64,000 nucleotides of DNA from a virus. Position numbers and translations under genes: made by a program. The notes below the pieces were generated by a model, which worked only from the letters and a program-made list of their open reading frames with translations, was not told where the DNA came from and made no database searches. This document shows, in pieces, positions 60,225 through 64,000 of this stretch (position 1 is the stretch's first letter; every line of letters starts with the position of its first letter). The stretch covers positions 20,220 through 84,219 of the IMG/VR virus record IMGVR_UViG_3300032242_000738; one strand, written 5' to 3'.

Positions 60225-61145
60225 ATGAAAATCAGTCAAATCATCAGTGAAACAACTACAGCAGGCTCAATAGCTACTGTAGACACAGCTTTAGGTGCTA
60301 CACAATCTAGGGGTAATCCTAGCATATATGGCAATAAGAAAGTTGGTAACCTTTTTAAAGGCAAGAAAACAAAAGCTCCATACGCTAATAGCATCAATGA
60401 AAGTGCTGAAATTAGCGAACAAGATTTAAGTGAACAAGATTTAATTGTTGTTCCTGGTCAGGGGCGTAGTCTTAAAACTGGATTTGTCAAACATGATCCT
60501 GATCGTGCAGAACATGAAGGACAAACATTAAAGAATAGTTTACATACTATTATTCGTGTAGCAAAACATTTGGATCAAGAATTATCAACAAGAGATGACT
60601 TCCCTGAGTGGGTTTCAGAGAAAATTGGTGCTACAAAGAGCATGATGGTATCTGTTATGGATTATTTAATTAGTGCAAAAGAAATGAATCATGATCCAGA
60701 TGCGGTTGATGAAAGTATAGAAAATAATCCAGTTGCAAATGCAATCATAAGTCATGTTATGAAATATCGTCCTGATTTATTAAAACATGGTGCTGACCGT
60801 GTAGGTGATGCTATTGATAGAATTGTAAGTCGTGTAGGTAATGTTAAATATATCAGTCCTGATAACTTAAACAAATTGATAAAACAAGTTGAATACTATG
60901 TTACATCTAATAACCATGACATGTATGAAGGTAAACCTAATACAAAATGTGTATGCAAAACAATGGGCCAAGATCAATGTCCAGTACATGCTCCATTAGA
61001 TGAAGGTGCTAAAGTAGACCGTATGGTTAAGCATGTTGCACAATCAGAAAAGAAACTTGGTCACAGTAAAAAAGAAGCAGAGAACATTGCTTGGGCTACA
61101 GCCAACAAGCGTGGCATGTTAGACAATAAAAACAAGAAGAAGTAA
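60225..61145 (+). CDS. modular head-cargo-like protein with MKISQIISE leader
   Basis: Start reassigned to 60225; ETTTAGSIA, FPEWVSEKI, IAWATANK modules separated by xxE sites. Confidence 0.65.
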   Translation: MKISQIISETTTAGSIATVDTALGATQSRGNPSIYGNKKVGNLFKGKKTKAPYANSINESAEISEQDLSEQDLIVVPGQGRSLKTGFVKHDPDRAEHEGQTLKNSLHTIIRVAKHLDQELSTRDDFPEWVSEKIGATKSMMVSVMDYLISAKEMNHDPDAVDESIENNPVANAIISHVMKYRPDLLKHGADRVGDAIDRIVSRVGNVKYISPDNLNKLIKQVEYYVTSNNHDMYEGKPNTKCVCKTMGQDQCPVHAPLDEGAKVDRMVKHVAQSEKKLGHSKKEAENIAWATANKRGMLDNKNKKK

Positions 61146-61146
61146 T

Positions 61147-64000
61147 ATGAGTAATATTCTTAAAGGTATATTAAACGAATCTAATCCTTTTTATGGACAT
61201 AATGATCCAGCAAAAGAATACGGAGCTGATGCACCCACATATCGTAAACGTGGCCCTTATTCACATACAGATGATGATGAAGATGTTAATCCATTTGCTG
61301 AATATGAACGTCAGCAAAAAGACTTTGCTATTGGTCGTGCAAAGAAAGCGGCAGCTGAAAAACAACAACGTGATAGTGACCATGATAGATTAGCTAGTGG
61401 TACAAATGAAAGTATGGATGATCCATGGGGACCACAAGGTAACTTTGCAGGTGATACGCCAGTCAATTTAGGTGGTGTGTCTATGAAGATCATACAAGTA
61501 GGTGATACTGTTAAGTATTTTGGATACCCTGCTAAAGTAGTTGATATGAGTAAGGATCGTAAGTATTCACGCATTACAATTACTAAAGGGATGGGTAGTG
61601 TTACACAAGATGTATTAACAAGTGATTTACAACAATTAGGTCGTGGTAAAGAAGTACGAGAAGATAATAATACTAGAATGAAAATGGATCAGTATTATGA
61701 ATTAGCAGATGCTATTCAAGAAAAACTCAGAAACGCAATACAGTTTGGTGATAAAGAACTTATAAAAAAATTAAACAAAGAACGTGAAGAATTAGATGCA
61801 CGTGTTAAACAACATGGATTGATGCCCGAATCAGAACAACTAGATGAAATCTCTAATGAGAAACTAGCACAATATAAAACAGCTGCCGCTGCCGATGCAG
61901 GCAAAGCTGATAGTGAAGGTGATTACAAACGTGGTGATAAACGTTTCAGTGGTATTGTTCGTGCAACTAAAAAACAATTTGCTAATGATGCAAAGAAATC
62001 TGCTATTAGTCAAGGTATAAATGAATTTTCTGTAAATCCTACTGGTCCTAAAGGTCCTAAAGATTACGGTCAACCAAATAGTTCACGTTATATAGGTGGT
62101 AACAAGTTTGTAGTAGGTACTACTAACAACTATGTGTTAACTGCAACAATAGACAAATGGGGATTAGAATGGGATGAGGATGATGAAGTATGGTTCTTAG
62201 ACAGTCCTGGTGCCGCACATATTGCTGATGCAAGTGAAGGTGAAATAGAATTGCCCCCACCACGTGAACAGAGATATCAAATACATGATTTAGTAACTGA
62301 TTATCTCAATAGTAAAAATTTAGCAGATTTACAAAAAGTAGCCAAATACTATGGTCATAGTGATGACGGTGAAATGGCAACAAATGAAGAATATAGACCT
62401 ACAACTGGTCAAGCTAATAATATACGTAAACAAACTGCACAGAAAATGAATCCAGGCAGTAGTAAATTTGTTTGGAAAAGACCTAATCAAATAAGTGGTA
62501 GTCATACTGAACAAGAATTACTATCAATGGGTTTTCGTAAATCTACAAAGAGTAACGTATGGGGCGGTACACAAGATATGTGGAATCGTTTATCAGAATC
62601 ATTATATGAATTTGCACCAAATAATGATGATGACGATTCAGATGACTATCAGATGTTAAGAAAACTAGCGTCACAATGGTATAATGGATCTGATGACCAA
62701 ATGTTAAAGATTGAACATGTGTTATCTACCATGGGTTGGGAAATAGGTGAAGATGAATCTGGTGAACCAGATGCAGGTGTATTTGTAATACGCACCGGTG
62801 ATATCAATGGTGATACATATATTGCTTTCCCCGAAAGTGAATTAAATTTAAATGAAAACTTAGGTGATCAATTAAAATCTACATCATTAGATGCATTGAT
62901 TCAAGCTAAACTAGCTATAGAGAAACAACGTGAAGCTGACATAGAAGCTTGGAGACAGGATTTTGAAAAGAATACTGTACAAAAAGCACAACAAGGTTTA
63001 CGTAGACAATTTGAACCAACACCAGTATCACAGCCTGGCGAGAAGCATTCAGTATTAAAGAATAGATTAATGCAATTGAATAGTGCTATAGAGAAACAAG
63101 AAATAGTAGATAAGTTAGTTGATAGATTAGAACGTAAGGGTTTAATGACTCCTGCAATGAAGAATGATACTGATACAAGAATGCATGTTAGATATGGTGC
63201 AAAAGATAACTATCAATCATTAAATCAGAAATTGGATAATGCTATTAATATGTTAAAACATAGATTGGCAATGCGTAAGATTTCTGGATTGAAGGAAAGC
63301 AATGATGAAGAACAATTAGATGAATTAAGTTGCTGGTCTGGTTATCATAGAGTTGCTGGTACCAAAGCAGGCTTTCCAGGTAGTTGTGAAAAAAACAAAA
63401 CTAATGAAGATCACACCGAGAAATGCCCGCACTGTGGTGGCGAATTGGTCAGTGAAGAATTGATGAATGAAAAGAAAGATGCTTGCTACTATAAAGTTAA
63501 GAGCCGTTATAAAGTATGGCCAAGTGCTTATGCTAGTGGTGCGTTAGTTAAGTGCCGCAAGAGCCATGGTAGTTGGGGCAATGGTGGAAAGAAGAATGAA
63601 AGTTCTATACTAGAAGGCATTGAAAGAGCAGATGAGAACTTACACCAATGGTTCAAAGAAAAGTGGGTACGTTTTGGTCCTGATGGAAAGATTCGTGGTG
63701 ACTGTGCTAGAGGTGATGATAGTGAAGGTAAGCCAAAGTGTTTACCACAAAGTAAAGCACAAAATTTAGGTAAGAAGGGTCGTGCAAGTGCTGCTGCACG
63801 TAAGCGTAGAGAAGATCCTAATCCAGAACGTAGTGGTAAAGCCATCAATGTTAACACCAAAAAGAAGTCTAACGAAGGTGTGGCGGAAGGCTCTAACGCC
63901 GGAGATATTGAATTATCACATAGTATGTCTCCTGATATGTTGTATGTACACGCTACATCAGATGGAACAGATGTAGGTGGCGCAAGATTTAAAAAAATAG
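61147..64000 (+). CDS. large modular polyprotein (at least 951 aa), 3'-truncated, missing from the ORF track
   Basis: Frame open from ATG 61147 (MSNILKGILNE) to the window end; modules include KKDACYYKVKSRYKVWPSAYASGALVKCRK and LHQWFKEKWV...GKPKCLP; linker NEGVAEG at 63871-63891. Confidence 0.85.
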   Translation, partial: MSNILKGILNESNPFYGHNDPAKEYGADAPTYRKRGPYSHTDDDEDVNPFAEYERQQKDFAIGRAKKAAAEKQQRDSDHDRLASGTNESMDDPWGPQGNFAGDTPVNLGGVSMKIIQVGDTVKYFGYPAKVVDMSKDRKYSRITITKGMGSVTQDVLTSDLQQLGRGKEVREDNNTRMKMDQYYELADAIQEKLRNAIQFGDKELIKKLNKEREELDARVKQHGLMPESEQLDEISNEKLAQYKTAAAADAGKADSEGDYKRGDKRFSGIVRATKKQFANDAKKSAISQGINEFSVNPTGPKGPKDYGQPNSSRYIGGNKFVVGTTNNYVLTATIDKWGLEWDEDDEVWFLDSPGAAHIADASEGEIELPPPREQRYQIHDLVTDYLNSKNLADLQKVAKYYGHSDDGEMATNEEYRPTTGQANNIRKQTAQKMNPGSSKFVWKRPNQISGSHTEQELLSMGFRKSTKSNVWGGTQDMWNRLSESLYEFAPNNDDDDSDDYQMLRKLASQWYNGSDDQMLKIEHVLSTMGWEIGEDESGEPDAGVFVIRTGDINGDTYIAFPESELNLNENLGDQLKSTSLDALIQAKLAIEKQREADIEAWRQDFEKNTVQKAQQGLRRQFEPTPVSQPGEKHSVLKNRLMQLNSAIEKQEIVDKLVDRLERKGLMTPAMKNDTDTRMHVRYGAKDNYQSLNQKLDNAINMLKHRLAMRKISGLKESNDEEQLDELSCWSGYHRVAGTKAGFPGSCEKNKTNEDHTEKCPHCGGELVSEELMNEKKDACYYKVKSRYKVWPSAYASGALVKCRKSHGSWGNGGKKNESSILEGIERADENLHQWFKEKWVRFGPDGKIRGDCARGDDSEGKPKCLPQSKAQNLGKKGRASAAARKRREDPNPERSGKAINVNTKKKSNEGVAEGSNAGDIELSHSMSPDMLYVHATSDGTDVGGARFKKI

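Noticed and set aside
1-64000. Alternative genetic code (stop-codon reassignment)
   Set aside because: Genes are full-length and tightly packed under the standard code; no conserved gene is broken by in-frame stops

Overview
AT-rich, gene-dense 64 kb segment of a large T4-related (jumbo-type) myophage, mostly on the + strand. It carries virion genes: neck gp13/gp14-like, gp15-like tail terminator, a 1191-aa tail sheath, tail tube, gp4-like head-completion nuclease, probable small terminase, a 2639-aa repeat-rich fibre and a baseplate/Ig-like protein. It also has a GH19 endolysin, a 3-TM holin-like protein, replication/nucleotide genes (clamp loader, DnaE fragment, dNMP kinase, MazG, Nudix, PD-(D/E)xK nuclease) and host-like genes (iscA, groES-like, dnaJ, clpA, phoH, plcP-like phosphoesterase, glycosyltransferases). 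IscA/ClpA/PlcP and sigma70-type promoters suggest a proteobacterial host (inference). Promoters are of two classes: sigma70 TTGNNN-N17-TATAAT and a T4-late-like (GA)TAAATA. I saw no tRNA, rRNA or CRISPR array. Main findings: (1) modular 'cargo polyproteins' with an N-terminal leader ending in hydrophobic-x-E and unrelated domains joined at protease-site-like linkers; some linkers are encoded by a conserved GC-rich DNA motif (AAGGTGTGGCGGAAGGC), and one leader+linker mini-ORF is empty, suggesting domain-cassette shuffling; (2) a Pho-box-preceded plcP-like phospholipase plus GT2 locus, possibly for host membrane phosphate scavenging; (3) a lambda-type G_GGA_AAG -1 frameshift with a stimulatory hairpin that would add an amphipathic tail; (4) repeated RBS-occluding hairpins with the promoter embedded in them. 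All protein calls come from motif recognition by eye, not database searches.
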